A DNA stretch of 64,000 nucleotides from a virus. Lineage: Duplodnaviria; Caudoviricetes. The number at the start of each line of letters is the position of its first letter. Position 1 is the first letter of the stretch. The notes below the pieces were generated by a model. The model ran no database searches. It saw only the letters and a list, made by a program, of their open reading frames with translations, and was not told where the DNA came from. Below, in pieces: positions 52,461 to 63,421 of the stretch. Both the position numbers and the translations under genes were made by a program. The DNA lies in IMG/VR virus record IMGVR_UViG_3300003541_000003, positions 3,297-67,296 of that record; one strand, 5' to 3'.

Positions 52461-53080
52461 TAACTGGCTCAGTTTTGGGAAATGTTGAAACCCAAGATGA
52501 CATGATTATCGAGGGTGCGCCTTATATTTACTTCCAGAAATACGACCAAGCTGAACTCAATCATCCCGATGGTTCGGGATATTATTGGGGTTTGACAGGC
52601 ACGACTCAGTATCCAGCATACTTGCTCGGATGTATTCAGGATGTGAGTCTCGGAGAAGATGTAACGATGAATGCGGTGAGGTGCGATACCTCTGGCGACA
52701 AAGACGTTGTTCAGAGACGTAACCATCTTGAATTCACATTCAGTCTTACTTCTCTGATGCCTCTCTCTGTGTTGGCGTATATTTTGGGAGCATCCACCCC
52801 CACCATCGTAGGTTCTATTGAAAAGATGGGGATTGGAAATATTAACAATAACCTGTATTGGCATGTTTATGCGCCGAAGGTGTATGACGAAGCCACAGGA
52901 GATTACCTCGCAATCACCTTGCATCGTGCAAAGTTTGTGGATGCGTGGACGATTAACATGAAGGCTGGAGAACCTTGGCAGGTTACTGGTATCAAGTTGT
53001 GGGCATTTGCCGATGACAACATGCCAGCAGGTCAGGAATTCGCTACTGTTATTCGTGCTGACCCTAGCCTAGTACCGTAA
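52451..53080 (+). CDS. Major tail (tube) protein
   Basis: 209 aa with GGAGG RBS; precedes chaperones and tape measure. Confidence 0.75.
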   Translation: MGLVTGSVLGNVETQDDMIIEGAPYIYFQKYDQAELNHPDGSGYYWGLTGTTQYPAYLLGCIQDVSLGEDVTMNAVRCDTSGDKDVVQRRNHLEFTFSLTSLMPLSVLAYILGASTPTIVGSIEKMGIGNINNNLYWHVYAPKVYDEATGDYLAITLHRAKFVDAWTINMKAGEPWQVTGIKLWAFADDNMPAGQEFATVIRADPSLVP

Positions 53081-53089
53081 GGTTGGCTA

Positions 53090-53767
53090 GTGTCAAACAA
53101 GAAGATAGAAATTCAGGTGGGCACGGAGACCCACACGGTTGAGAAAGCCCACCTGAAAAAATGGTTACAACTTACTAAGATATATGAGAGATTCCTGAAA
53201 GTCAATAAGACCTCCACATATTCAGATATGGCAGAAGTCATCTATGAGTATTTGGATGTAGCATTGAGTCAGGAATCTTTTGATTGGAGTAAGCAAAGTT
53301 GGATTGATACGATAAAATGTTTCATAGCAATTTCTGTACTAAATGCTCCAGACTTGGTTACTCCAATGATGAGGGTTCAACAGAGTCCAGATAAAGAAGA
53401 ACCGCCTTGGGAGTATCCAGAAAGATTGTGGTATTTTTGGGCAACAATTTTTGCCTCAAAGTTTGGATGGTCATTAGAATACATAGCAGAATTAGAGATA
53501 GAGGATGCTTTCGGACTAATACAAGAGATTCAGATGAATGACCAATTTGAATTAGAAAGTCGCTGGCAAATGACTGAGATTGCTTATCAGTATAATGATG
53601 CTACAAAGAAGTCTGAGTTTAAGCCTTATCCAAGACCAGATTGGATGTTGCCTAAAGTAGAGATTAAGAAGATACCAATTTTACGTTCTATGCTTCCGCT
53701 TGGTGTTGTGGAGGATGTAGGTAAAATGTTTACAGAAAGTGTTATTGATGGGAATACTAAACCTTAA
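53090..53767 (+). CDS. Tail assembly chaperone (probable)
   Basis: Position; C-terminal FASKFGWSLEYIAEL. Confidence 0.6.
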   Translation: MSNKKIEIQVGTETHTVEKAHLKKWLQLTKIYERFLKVNKTSTYSDMAEVIYEYLDVALSQESFDWSKQSWIDTIKCFIAISVLNAPDLVTPMMRVQQSPDKEEPPWEYPERLWYFWATIFASKFGWSLEYIAELEIEDAFGLIQEIQMNDQFELESRWQMTEIAYQYNDATKKSEFKPYPRPDWMLPKVEIKKIPILRSMLPLGVVEDVGKMFTESVIDGNTKP

Positions 53768-54047
53768 AGATGCTTTGACTTTATACTCAATATTAGAACC
53801 ATATTTATTTGAAGTGGAATATAATATGTCTGATGAGGAGTATATTTTAGAGATTCTAATAAGAATGAAAGAGGCTGGTCAAAGTACACAAGTTTTCAGG
53901 TTGATGGCAGTTGGTACGGATAAGGATGCTGAGGAATTTCTTAGGTTGCCTATCAATAAAGTAATTCCGATGATAAAAAATAAACTAAAAGAAAATTATA
54001 TTTTGTATCTAAGGCAACTTATTAAGGAGCTAAAAAATGCCAACTGA
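53748..54047 (+). CDS. Second tail-assembly-region protein
   Basis: Between chaperone and tape measure. Confidence 0.55.
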   Translation: MGILNLKDALTLYSILEPYLFEVEYNMSDEEYILEILIRMKEAGQSTQVFRLMAVGTDKDAEEFLRLPINKVIPMIKNKLKENYILYLRQLIKELKNAN

Positions 54048-56514
54048 TTTTAGTAGTCAAGCAGATGCCATGTTGAATCTAATCATAAAAGCAACCTTAG
54101 ATAAGGGTTCTATGGAACAGGCTCGTAGAGAAGCCGCTGACCTTATGAACAAAATGGCAAACGATGTTAAGGGACAAACTGGAGGGGCAGATTTTAGCCC
54201 CATGTTTAAGAAATTAGCCGATGACATTGGCAATGTTGGAAATGTAGCTAAAAAGACAGGCTTAGAGGGGTACTTTTCAAAGTGGACATCTGGACTTACT
54301 GATTTTGGGGCAATTGCTGAGGGAGTCTTTGGGGGAATTATAGGGGTAACGGCTGTTCAGGCAGTTCAAAAGCTGTTTGAGATGTTAATTTCATATTTAT
54401 CCGAAGCGGCACAAATGGCATTGGTTTTTGAGAAAAGCATGACCTCAATGGAATTGGGTATTCGTGCCATGCAACGTAATGGTTTGGATATTAGTATGGA
54501 AGGATTCTATGAAGAAATAGACAGGGTTCAAAAGAAATTCAAAATTTTCTCTGAGGTTGATGTTATTCAGGGTTCGAGTGTTTTTGTAAACAACATGCGA
54601 GAAATGGGAGTGAGTGTTGAGCAACTAAGTACCGTCATGGATATATCAGGAAAGATTGCAATTCTTTCTGGTAAGTCTTATGAAGAAACTGCAACAGTCA
54701 TTAACAGAGCCGTAGTTACTGGTTACGCTCGTACTCTTAACTCAGTTATGAAGGGTACAGTAGTTACTGAAAGGTTGGCACAGAAAGAGGCTGAGAGATT
54801 AGGAATTCTCGATAAAACATATTCTCAGATGTCTGCACAAGAACGAACAATGGTAGTAATCTCTTTGTTGAGCAGAGAAATTGCTAAATACGGAACAGAT
54901 ATTGAGGATGTAACTGAGAAGGATGTTTATGAGCTAACTGAGTCTCAGCAGATATTGGAGAAACAAAAGACCTTATTAGGAGAATCTATCCTTCCTATTT
55001 GGAATTATATTTTAAAAATAATCACCACTATAGTTACAGAATTATCCGCAAGTCTTGGATTTATTATTGGATTATTTTCTACCATAATTCAACTTGCGGA
55101 AGTAGCAGAAAAATTCATAGAGGGATTCTTAACAACCGGCACGATTGAGGGAGCGGCTGAGGCGGCAAATGCAAAGTGGGAAGAATTAAAAAAGACGATA
55201 ATGGATACTTTGAATGCCGCTCTTAGATTCTTTACCTTAGGAGCACTTGGAAATCAGATTACCCCTGGAATGGTGGATGTTCCAGAGAGTGAAAAAGGAA
55301 AATACGCTGAGGATGATTCAGACTTAGTTACTCAGGAAGAAAAAGATAGTGCAGAGGAAAGACTTTCTATAGAAAAGAGTTATGCAGAAAGTTCTGTAAA
55401 GATAGAAGAAGATAGGGTTGATAAGATTGAAGATGCCGCAATTGACCTTGCTCGTAAACTAGAGGATATAGATAGAGACCTTGCGAGAGACTTAGAAAAA
55501 GCGGCAAGAAAACTAGAATTTGATTTAGATAGCATTAACATAGATGCCGCTAATCGTAAAGCGGAGGCTCAACGTAAGTACGCTGAGAAAGAATTAGAGG
55601 CGGCTCAGAGATTGCAAGACCAACTTCGAGAGTTGCGTGAGAAGGCTATCTTTGATTTAGAAGAATCTCTGCGTAGGGGAGATATTCGTCAAGCTAGATT
55701 AATTTTACGTCAGTATAGATTTGATAAAAAACAATTAAACGAGAAGGCTAATAATGCTTCCAGAGACCGAGCACAAGAATATGCCGCAGAATTAGCTGAC
55801 ATTGAGCGTCAGAGAGAACAACGAAGAAAAGAACGTCTTATAGAATATGCCCAGCAACTTGATGACATGAATCGTCAGGCGGCGTATGCTCGTGAAGATG
55901 CTAATAGAGCCTATAAGCAGAAGTTGGCTGATATTGAGTTATGGAACAGGCGAGAGATTGAAGCCAATCGTGCAAAGTATGAGCAAGAGTTAAGAGATTT
56001 ACAAGCTAAACTCAATGCTGAAATTGCTATGGAACAGAAAGCCGCAGACACCATAACTGCCATACATGCGGCTGAGGCTCATGTTGGAGTAGTTCCTAAT
56101 TCTGGTACAACGGCGCAGGAGAGAGCCGATGCTACTGGATATACTAGAGGCTTGAATGGTGCTAATAATACTAATTCAATCGTTCTAGGTGGTGGTTCTG
56201 TTCCTACTACTGGTAGTGCTTCTGTTGGAGATTGGATTAGTAATGTTTTGCAAAGCATTTTTGGAGCATTTGGTTTTGCGAAAGGTGGAACAGTAGTTGC
56301 TAGTAAACCTACTGTAGCAATGTTTGGAGAGGCTGGAACGGAGATGGCAACTTTTACTCCAATATCTCAGATGGGAAGAAATCAAGGTAATGTTGGAGGA
56401 AGCGGAAAATTGGCGTTAGAAATTTTACTTTCTCCAGATTTACAAGCTAGGATTATTCAGAACACTCTCACAGAGATGGGCAATATTATTACGTCTGTGG
56501 AAAGGTCAAGATAA
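54037..56514 (+). CDS. Tail tape measure protein
   Basis: 825 aa helical, with hydrophobic middle, long E/R/K coiled coil and C-terminal FAKGG..PTVAMFGEAG. Confidence 0.88.
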   Translation: MPTDFSSQADAMLNLIIKATLDKGSMEQARREAADLMNKMANDVKGQTGGADFSPMFKKLADDIGNVGNVAKKTGLEGYFSKWTSGLTDFGAIAEGVFGGIIGVTAVQAVQKLFEMLISYLSEAAQMALVFEKSMTSMELGIRAMQRNGLDISMEGFYEEIDRVQKKFKIFSEVDVIQGSSVFVNNMREMGVSVEQLSTVMDISGKIAILSGKSYEETATVINRAVVTGYARTLNSVMKGTVVTERLAQKEAERLGILDKTYSQMSAQERTMVVISLLSREIAKYGTDIEDVTEKDVYELTESQQILEKQKTLLGESILPIWNYILKIITTIVTELSASLGFIIGLFSTIIQLAEVAEKFIEGFLTTGTIEGAAEAANAKWEELKKTIMDTLNAALRFFTLGALGNQITPGMVDVPESEKGKYAEDDSDLVTQEEKDSAEERLSIEKSYAESSVKIEEDRVDKIEDAAIDLARKLEDIDRDLARDLEKAARKLEFDLDSINIDAANRKAEAQRKYAEKELEAAQRLQDQLRELREKAIFDLEESLRRGDIRQARLILRQYRFDKKQLNEKANNASRDRAQEYAAELADIERQREQRRKERLIEYAQQLDDMNRQAAYAREDANRAYKQKLADIELWNRREIEANRAKYEQELRDLQAKLNAEIAMEQKAADTITAIHAAEAHVGVVPNSGTTAQERADATGYTRGLNGANNTNSIVLGGGSVPTTGSASVGDWISNVLQSIFGAFGFAKGGTVVASKPTVAMFGEAGTEMATFTPISQMGRNQGNVGGSGKLALEILLSPDLQARIIQNTLTEMGNIITSVERSR

Positions 56515-56873
56515 TGCCGTACAAAATTAACAATGTTACTCTAACTTTACAGCCTTCCTCCGGTTCATGGAAATCTAGGGATACAGTAGGAGTAGATGGA
56601 AATGGTCATCCTGTGTATCCTGCGGCTCGTCAATTTGAGATGAGGTGGGATTTGATTACTGAGGCAGAGTTTTATGAGTTGCAAAATATGTATGATACTT
56701 TGATGCTTTATACTGGAACAACTACCGTTACCCTCCCTCGTTATAAGCCCGTATCTGGAGTCTATACTTACGATACCTATACTGGTTGTGTGATTTATGA
56801 ACCAGAGTCGGGAGACTTTTTTGAAATGTATCGGCAGAATGCTCGGATACTGATTGTGAATATACGAACATGA
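56514..56873 (+). CDS. Distal tail protein (probable)
   Basis: Small beta-rich protein right after the tape measure. Confidence 0.6.
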   Translation: MPYKINNVTLTLQPSSGSWKSRDTVGVDGNGHPVYPAARQFEMRWDLITEAEFYELQNMYDTLMLYTGTTTVTLPRYKPVSGVYTYDTYTGCVIYEPESGDFFEMYRQNARILIVNIRT

Positions 56874-59776
56874 GCCAAATAAATGCTGTTGAATTGTCCC
56901 AAATAAGAAGTCGTCCTCATCAGACGAGATTGTGGTTATCTATTTATAAGCCCAAGACCAGATTTCAGGCAGTAATCCTGAGTGGTACAAATGATGGAAT
57001 GAATGTGTACTACACCGGAGTTATTACTGGCTCTTATGGCTTGATTCAACCCAACAGTACCATGCTCGTAGGCACATCCCTTGGAGCATGGGACATTGGC
57101 AGAGTGCGTGTGCGGTCTGCCACAGGAACGTATGTTAAGGTAGCTCCGAATGATGATATTCCTTGGAACACAGGACAATATCTAACGGTGTTAGATTTAC
57201 ATGAGGCATTTCCTATTTATTGGGGATATGATAGTGCAATGATTGATAGTGATGACGATACTCTCTTATTTGCAGATTGGGACGTTAGATACACTAATCA
57301 GAATTCTGTGTTAGGAACACAGGTATGTATGGGAGGCAACTATGCTGGCTTCATGGAAGATTCCGTTTTTTATACTTCTAGCGGTACTTCTAATTGTAAA
57401 GGTGAGGCTATTTCAGCCTATGAGTGGTGGTTCGAGGGTGCAACCGTTACAGGGTCTACTTCTGCCGACCCTGGCTATATCAGTTATTCTAGCCCTGGTC
57501 ATTATATTACTAGGCTTAAGGTAACTAGCGCATCTGGTGGGGTAGACTATGGTTATCGTCATGTGTCTATCTACAACAGGTCTGACAAACAACCAATCAG
57601 AAATTGGGGAATGGAGAGTCTCTCTGGGACTAGGGATGAAGGAGGATATAGCTCCTCTATCTGGGTTCGAGAAATCTTGCCTAACCTTCTTGAAAATTCT
57701 ATTGTAGTCATCTTCGCTGATGAGGAATATTATGGAGGAGATAAAGTAAGCATTGGAGGCAACCAACGGAATCGTCAAAAGATTGTGTTCTCTGGGTACA
57801 TTTCTGGAGATTCTATTTCCTATGATTATCAGAATTCCGTAACCTCTTTTGAAGCAGAGAGTATAACTGGAATCATGAAAGAGAAAGAGGGGATGTCATT
57901 TTCCTTTGATGATGTAACCTCTGCTACTAAGTGGCAACATATTCAAGGCATGTCCATGAAAAGGGCTATTTGGGAATATACAAAGATTTTATCTACCATA
58001 GGAGAAGTGGCAGATGTTCGTTATATTGGAACAGATGTGTTATTGGATTTCTTTGAAGGAGCGGCAACTAATTTATATGATTCCTTGAATCCTTACTTAC
58101 AAAATAGAATAAGTGGACAGATGGTATCAGATAGGCAGGGTACAATCTTTATTGAACCTGGAATCAACATTACACATAATGCTACTGGTGTATATCCTGT
58201 TGCTTTGGATATGCAGAAAATGGATTGGATAGATGAACCTACTTTTAGGCTCAGTCAGTTTGCAGAAGTATCCTACACAGAAATTGGAGGCTCAAAGTAT
58301 GTTGGTTCTGGATTGGCTACTCCCTATATGTCTAATGCCCCAGGAAATATAGCAAAATATTCTGGAAAGGCTGAGATGGGGTCATACGACTTGATGGTAG
58401 CTTCACAGACTGAGTTGAATCAAAAGTGCGGAGATGCTTTTGCATTTTTGAATGCCAAATATCCAGAAGTAACTTTTAGGTTGGCTGGGAATTATCGTAA
58501 TTTGGATATTGCTCCATACGAGCAGATTTTAGTTACATTGAATAAAGAGGATACTCACCGTCAGATTGTTCTTAGTAAAGCTCCTTTCTATGTCGAGGGC
58601 ATGAATTGGTCATTCTCTGCTGAGGAAGGAAGCCTTCTTCCTGAGATTACTTTGCATGAGATTACTCATAGTTTAGCTGATGGTCAGACTTTGCCCATTC
58701 CTCAAACCGGAGACGAAAACCCAGGATATTTACCAGATTTTCCTGATTTTGGTTTTCCAAATTTTTGTGCTGGTGAGGGTTTGTCAGAACAACCGTATAT
58801 TGTAATTACAGACCCAGAGTTGCCTATATGTGAAGGAGATATTCATGGAGCGGCAAATGGAGCATGGAGTACAGTTCGTGGAATAACTTTATATTCTAAT
58901 TCTCCAGTAACATTCAGAGTACCATACGGATTTTGGTATAGAGGGTCTAGTTATGATAACCGGACTAGCTATACACTAAATGCGAAGTGGTACAAGAGAG
59001 ATGTAAACTCTAATCCAATTGGAGCTTGGGTAGAAGATACTGATGATACTTGGTATCAGATATACCTTTGTGATAGTGCAGGAAATCGTCTTGGTCAGGC
59101 AATAAAAGACCCCGTTATTGGGAACGGTCAACAAAGAACTGGAGTGTTTAGTTTAGCTCAGGGGATGTTTGTAAAATCTATGGAGATAGCATTAAATTCA
59201 GACCTCAATCCTATAACCTCTGTGGATTGGTCTCCATATACCCTATATACAGATAACCAATTTACTTATAAACTTACTGTTAATGGAGCAGAAATTATTG
59301 ATTATGTAAGACGAGACCAAAATTTTCCTTTTGCTTCTGGATATGAAAATGGAAGTATCTGGACACCCAGAGCAGGAGGTGGGTATCCAGATACTCGTTG
59401 GTTCGATGTTATTTTCGATTTGTATACTTCCATGTGGAATAGCTCCTCTAACCCATCGGACTATCAGTATCTTACAGCATGGAAAATTAGTGATGGAGTA
59501 ACCGTTCCGGTAGATATGCCTGTTGCTGACCGCATAAAACATATTGGTACTTCTTGGAGTCCATATTATAAATTAGGAACATATAGTATGGTTTGGAGAC
59601 CCACAGCCGTTCCCAATACTCGTAGTCTAACAGCAAAAAGTAGCTATAGAATGTCTGGAGGATTTGATGCCGTAAGTAGGCAGAAAACTCTTATCTCTAT
59701 TGTGGTGATGGCATCTCACATGCTGGTTATTGACAGCTTCTTATTATGGAACGTCTGTTGGGGAGGACACACATAA
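56870..59776 (+). CDS. Tail tip / baseplate hub protein
   Basis: 968 aa; N-terminal PKD-like segment (YEWWFEG..YSSPGHY); synteny. Confidence 0.65.
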   Translation: MSQINAVELSQIRSRPHQTRLWLSIYKPKTRFQAVILSGTNDGMNVYYTGVITGSYGLIQPNSTMLVGTSLGAWDIGRVRVRSATGTYVKVAPNDDIPWNTGQYLTVLDLHEAFPIYWGYDSAMIDSDDDTLLFADWDVRYTNQNSVLGTQVCMGGNYAGFMEDSVFYTSSGTSNCKGEAISAYEWWFEGATVTGSTSADPGYISYSSPGHYITRLKVTSASGGVDYGYRHVSIYNRSDKQPIRNWGMESLSGTRDEGGYSSSIWVREILPNLLENSIVVIFADEEYYGGDKVSIGGNQRNRQKIVFSGYISGDSISYDYQNSVTSFEAESITGIMKEKEGMSFSFDDVTSATKWQHIQGMSMKRAIWEYTKILSTIGEVADVRYIGTDVLLDFFEGAATNLYDSLNPYLQNRISGQMVSDRQGTIFIEPGINITHNATGVYPVALDMQKMDWIDEPTFRLSQFAEVSYTEIGGSKYVGSGLATPYMSNAPGNIAKYSGKAEMGSYDLMVASQTELNQKCGDAFAFLNAKYPEVTFRLAGNYRNLDIAPYEQILVTLNKEDTHRQIVLSKAPFYVEGMNWSFSAEEGSLLPEITLHEITHSLADGQTLPIPQTGDENPGYLPDFPDFGFPNFCAGEGLSEQPYIVITDPELPICEGDIHGAANGAWSTVRGITLYSNSPVTFRVPYGFWYRGSSYDNRTSYTLNAKWYKRDVNSNPIGAWVEDTDDTWYQIYLCDSAGNRLGQAIKDPVIGNGQQRTGVFSLAQGMFVKSMEIALNSDLNPITSVDWSPYTLYTDNQFTYKLTVNGAEIIDYVRRDQNFPFASGYENGSIWTPRAGGGYPDTRWFDVIFDLYTSMWNSSSNPSDYQYLTAWKISDGVTVPVDMPVADRIKHIGTSWSPYYKLGTYSMVWRPTAVPNTRSLTAKSSYRMSGGFDAVSRQKTLISIVVMASHMLVIDSFLLWNVCWGGHT

Positions 59777-62151
59777 TGGTAAAAACTAATTTTCTAAAAA
59801 GCAAGTTACGAACTTTTCAACAGCAACCAAAAGTATTTCCTGCAACAATAGGAGATGGGGCTGGAAATGTATTTGTTAAAAACAGACCTAACTATATATG
59901 GATAAGGATTCCTGGTCAACCAGTTACTCAGGTATTCAACAATAAAATTGCTCCAGAATTAGACCTTCCTGTTATGGTTGGATATGACCCAGCAGAGCCT
60001 AGCAGATTTCAAGTAATTAGTGTTAGGACTTCTTCAGGAAAATTTGGTGGAACTTCTGATAATACTGTGTTCGCTGTTCCTTCTCACCATAAGTCGCATG
60101 AGTGGATGGCGGTAGGAGGTGGTGATGATATTGTTTTTACTCAGCTTAGACAATTTTTGCCTTTGCGTCCTACTCCGATGGGAGGAATGGAAGTAAATAT
60201 TTATAGGAATATAAATTATCTAAACAATCAATGGATGGGAGTCTCAGGTCAGGATATAGATTTAACTGAGGCTATTCCTTGGACAGGCGCATACTTCGGA
60301 CTAATCTATGTGGATACCGATGGCACTTTGGATATGCTCACCGGAACACTCAGAAACATCAAAACGCTGGAAATTACAGATATTCCTAAGCCCATACCTA
60401 ATACTTATCCAGTTGCGGCGGTGCGACTCTATGGTGGTCAAACTGGTTTGTTTGAGTCTAGGCAGGATACAGACATTATTGACCTCAGAATGTTTAATAT
60501 TCCTATTCCACCTACGGGGTCTGGTGGTGGACATATCATCTATGATGAGGGAGTTCTTCTTCCTACAGAACCGAAGATGAATTTTACGGGACAGTATGTA
60601 ACCGCTTCGGATGACCCTACGAATACTCAGACGGTAGTGCGTGTAGATGATACTCGTTGGGAGGACATCAACCGCATGGGGTTTGCAATAACCCCTGAAT
60701 CTACACTCTCTTTTGACCCTGCTACCTACACACTCACGCTGGCTAAAATCGGAGCGAATTGGTCTTATTTTCGTAGAGGAAGAAAGAACATTATCACTTC
60801 CAATAAGACCTGTGTACTTACTGGTTCTCCTCCAGCGAAGGGCACATACTTCATATATATAGATGATGATATTGGCACGTTGTCTCAGATGACAACTCCT
60901 TGGACGTTGAATGATACAAAAGTTTGTGTGGCAATTATCCAATGGGATAATTCTCTAACTCCTAAATATCAATTAGAGGATGAGCGTCATACCGTAGCAA
61001 TTGACCGCAGGATGCACCAATTTATTCACGAAAGTGAAGGAACACATTATGTTTCTGGTGGAATTCCTACAGGAATGGTAATAACTACAGATACAGATGC
61101 CGCAGTTTGTTTTGGAGTTTCCCCCTGTGTCATTGATGATGAAGATTTGAAATGGTCATTAGCGGAGTTGATTGACCCCAATGGAGTATCTGGAACATAT
61201 ACAATTATGTATCGTAATGGTCTTGGTGTATATGATTGGAAAACTTCCAATATGCCTTATTCTTATCATACTGGTGGATACATTGATTGGGATAATGCTG
61301 GAGTATTGACTGAGGGTTCAAGCACTCAATATTATAACTACTATCTAATAGCAACAAATATTAATGGTCAGGCTAGATTCATATTGATGCCTGGTCGGGG
61401 AAATTTTAACACATCTGCTTTGGCTTATGCGGAAGATATTAAGACCTTTGACTTTTCTGGATTTCCGATTCCAGAAGTAATAGTTTTATATCAGTTTACT
61501 TATCAGGCTAGAAACTCTTATGGTTCTACAGGAAAAGCTAGACTAGAAAGAGCACCGCAGAAAATTATTACTTCGGTAGTTTCTATAGGGACAACCGGAG
61601 GTGGTCTGGACGGTCATAGAATTATAAATGAATCCAATGTTCCAATGACTCAGAGAGGCAACCTCGCCTTTGCTGGAAGTGTTGCAGTAACCGATGATGC
61701 TGGGAGTAATCAAACGCTGGTAACAATTACGGTAACTGGTACTGTTCCAGGGCACACAATTCAAGACGAAGGCACACCTCTAACTACCAGACCCAAGCTC
61801 AATTTCAAGGGAGCGAATGTCTGGGCACAGGATAATGCAGGAGATAACGCAACGGATGTCATTATATCTGGCTCGTCTGCTGGTGGTACTCTTGGAGGAG
61901 TTGGTGCGTCTCCACAGGTGGCATTCTGGAAAGACCCCACCACCCTCAACGGAGATGATGAATTCAAGTTTGTAACTGGCACGGTGGATGTGCATAAATA
62001 TGTGAAAGCTGGTGGTCAGTATTCTAAGATGAGCACGGACATCAACGTGGTGGTGGAATCTGGCTATAGCTGGATTGTGTCAAGTGGATATGAAGTTGCG
62101 GCAGGGGTGGTTTTGGAAATAGCCTCTGGTGCAGTAATGGAGATAATCTAA
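59776..62151 (+). CDS. Tail fibre / receptor-binding-region protein
   Basis: T/G/S-rich, with repeated GGH.I.DEG..LT.RPK(L/M)NF.G..V.A.D modules. Start at the TAATG overlap. Confidence 0.7.
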   Translation: MVKTNFLKSKLRTFQQQPKVFPATIGDGAGNVFVKNRPNYIWIRIPGQPVTQVFNNKIAPELDLPVMVGYDPAEPSRFQVISVRTSSGKFGGTSDNTVFAVPSHHKSHEWMAVGGGDDIVFTQLRQFLPLRPTPMGGMEVNIYRNINYLNNQWMGVSGQDIDLTEAIPWTGAYFGLIYVDTDGTLDMLTGTLRNIKTLEITDIPKPIPNTYPVAAVRLYGGQTGLFESRQDTDIIDLRMFNIPIPPTGSGGGHIIYDEGVLLPTEPKMNFTGQYVTASDDPTNTQTVVRVDDTRWEDINRMGFAITPESTLSFDPATYTLTLAKIGANWSYFRRGRKNIITSNKTCVLTGSPPAKGTYFIYIDDDIGTLSQMTTPWTLNDTKVCVAIIQWDNSLTPKYQLEDERHTVAIDRRMHQFIHESEGTHYVSGGIPTGMVITTDTDAAVCFGVSPCVIDDEDLKWSLAELIDPNGVSGTYTIMYRNGLGVYDWKTSNMPYSYHTGGYIDWDNAGVLTEGSSTQYYNYYLIATNINGQARFILMPGRGNFNTSALAYAEDIKTFDFSGFPIPEVIVLYQFTYQARNSYGSTGKARLERAPQKIITSVVSIGTTGGGLDGHRIINESNVPMTQRGNLAFAGSVAVTDDAGSNQTLVTITVTGTVPGHTIQDEGTPLTTRPKLNFKGANVWAQDNAGDNATDVIISGSSAGGTLGGVGASPQVAFWKDPTTLNGDDEFKFVTGTVDVHKYVKAGGQYSKMSTDINVVVESGYSWIVSSGYEVAAGVVLEIASGAVMEII

Positions 62152-62639
62152 TGTCTAAACTGCTTATGGTCGGAATGGCAACTCGCCCCGAAACCCCCGA
62201 TGCTGGGAAAGTTTTACTCTATGCCAAAGGTAAACGATTATATGCTCTTGATGAAGATGGCAAAGAATTCAATTTGAATCAAGATGGCTGGGGTCTCCAA
62301 TTTATGATTGGAAATTATTTACAGGCTATAGGAGTTGGATATAAAGGTTTTGTTCAAGTGCCTTATGATTGTTATATTGATAAGGTATCCTTGGCTGGAG
62401 ATATTACGGGTTCAAATACAAGAGTTGATATATGGAAATCAAGCACCTATCCCCCTACTGCCGCTGGGTCTATTGTGGGTGGGATTCTAATTCCCTACAC
62501 AGGAATGGCATATTATGAAGATACTGCGTTAGTCGGATGGTCAACTGGAATTAATGAAGGAGAGTTTCTAGGTTTTTATGTAACGGGTTCAAGTAGCACA
62601 ACGATGTTAATTGTTTCTCTCTCTGGAAGGAAGTTGTAA
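62151..62639 (+). CDS. Minor tail protein
   Basis: TPDAGKVLLYAK motif; tail cluster. Confidence 0.6.
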   Translation: MSKLLMVGMATRPETPDAGKVLLYAKGKRLYALDEDGKEFNLNQDGWGLQFMIGNYLQAIGVGYKGFVQVPYDCYIDKVSLAGDITGSNTRVDIWKSSTYPPTAAGSIVGGILIPYTGMAYYEDTALVGWSTGINEGEFLGFYVTGSSSTTMLIVSLSGRKL

Positions 62640-63412
62640 TGCCTAGAATAATTACTGGTACTACTTCTTTCGAGGTTTTTTCTGGAGAGTCATTCAAGCA
62701 TTGGGTAATGACTCCAAATGAGGAGGATGCAGACCTAGTTCTTTTGTGGGAAGGGTATAATTTTGCAGGAACTATGCCCATGCTTGATTTATCTTGGGTT
62801 ACTGGTAGATATAGTGCTATGGGAAATTCTATTACGGCAGTTATACGGTCTGATAGAGTTTGGCAGGCTGGAATTTCCTACATATCTCATTACATTACTG
62901 GAATTAATTATTCTTGTGCACCTAATAGCTCTGGAATGCTCTGTGGACAGATTGGAGTTTCGGATACATGGAATCATTGTACTGCTAAGGTTTTATGGGT
63001 AACTTCGGTGGAACGAGATTATGGCGACCAGATATACGGATATAGAAATGGAAGTCAGTATCAAGGGATAGGCACAGGAACATATCGTTCAATTCTAACT
63101 ATATTAACTAATCCAGAAAGTCTTATACTTGGAATAGCCTGTTGTTCTGGAACAAGTCCAACACAAGAAATTATTTATGAGTCTGGTCAAATTGACCTTT
63201 ATACGGGCATATCTCCCTATGGAAGTTCGGTAGGAGAAGTAGCAACTTTTAGATTTTTTACTCAGCTTCCTACTCCAACTGGAGTAAATAATGTAGATTT
63301 AGTTAACGCTTATCTTAAAAAACCCACTCCAACTATAGGAGCTTTGCTGGCAATGTCATACGGTATAGCTTATAGAGAAGTGAGTCAATATAAAGTGCAG
63401 TCTAATTTTTAG
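62639..63412 (+). CDS. Minor tail protein
   Basis: Beta-rich; tail cluster. Confidence 0.6.
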   Translation: MPRIITGTTSFEVFSGESFKHWVMTPNEEDADLVLLWEGYNFAGTMPMLDLSWVTGRYSAMGNSITAVIRSDRVWQAGISYISHYITGINYSCAPNSSGMLCGQIGVSDTWNHCTAKVLWVTSVERDYGDQIYGYRNGSQYQGIGTGTYRSILTILTNPESLILGIACCSGTSPTQEIIYESGQIDLYTGISPYGSSVGEVATFRFFTQLPTPTGVNNVDLVNAYLKKPTPTIGALLAMSYGIAYREVSQYKVQSNF

Positions 63413-63421
63413 GAGGATAGT

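Noticed and set aside
53090-54047. Programmed -1 frameshift between tail chaperones
   Set aside because: No clear X XXY YYZ slippery site at the overlap, and the second ORF has its own ATG.
60301-60942. Long antisense ORFs (also 8685-9263, 1261-1821, 2135-2686, 11372-11953, 35804-36268)
   Set aside because: Shadows of well-supported genes on the opposite strand; no RBS or motifs.
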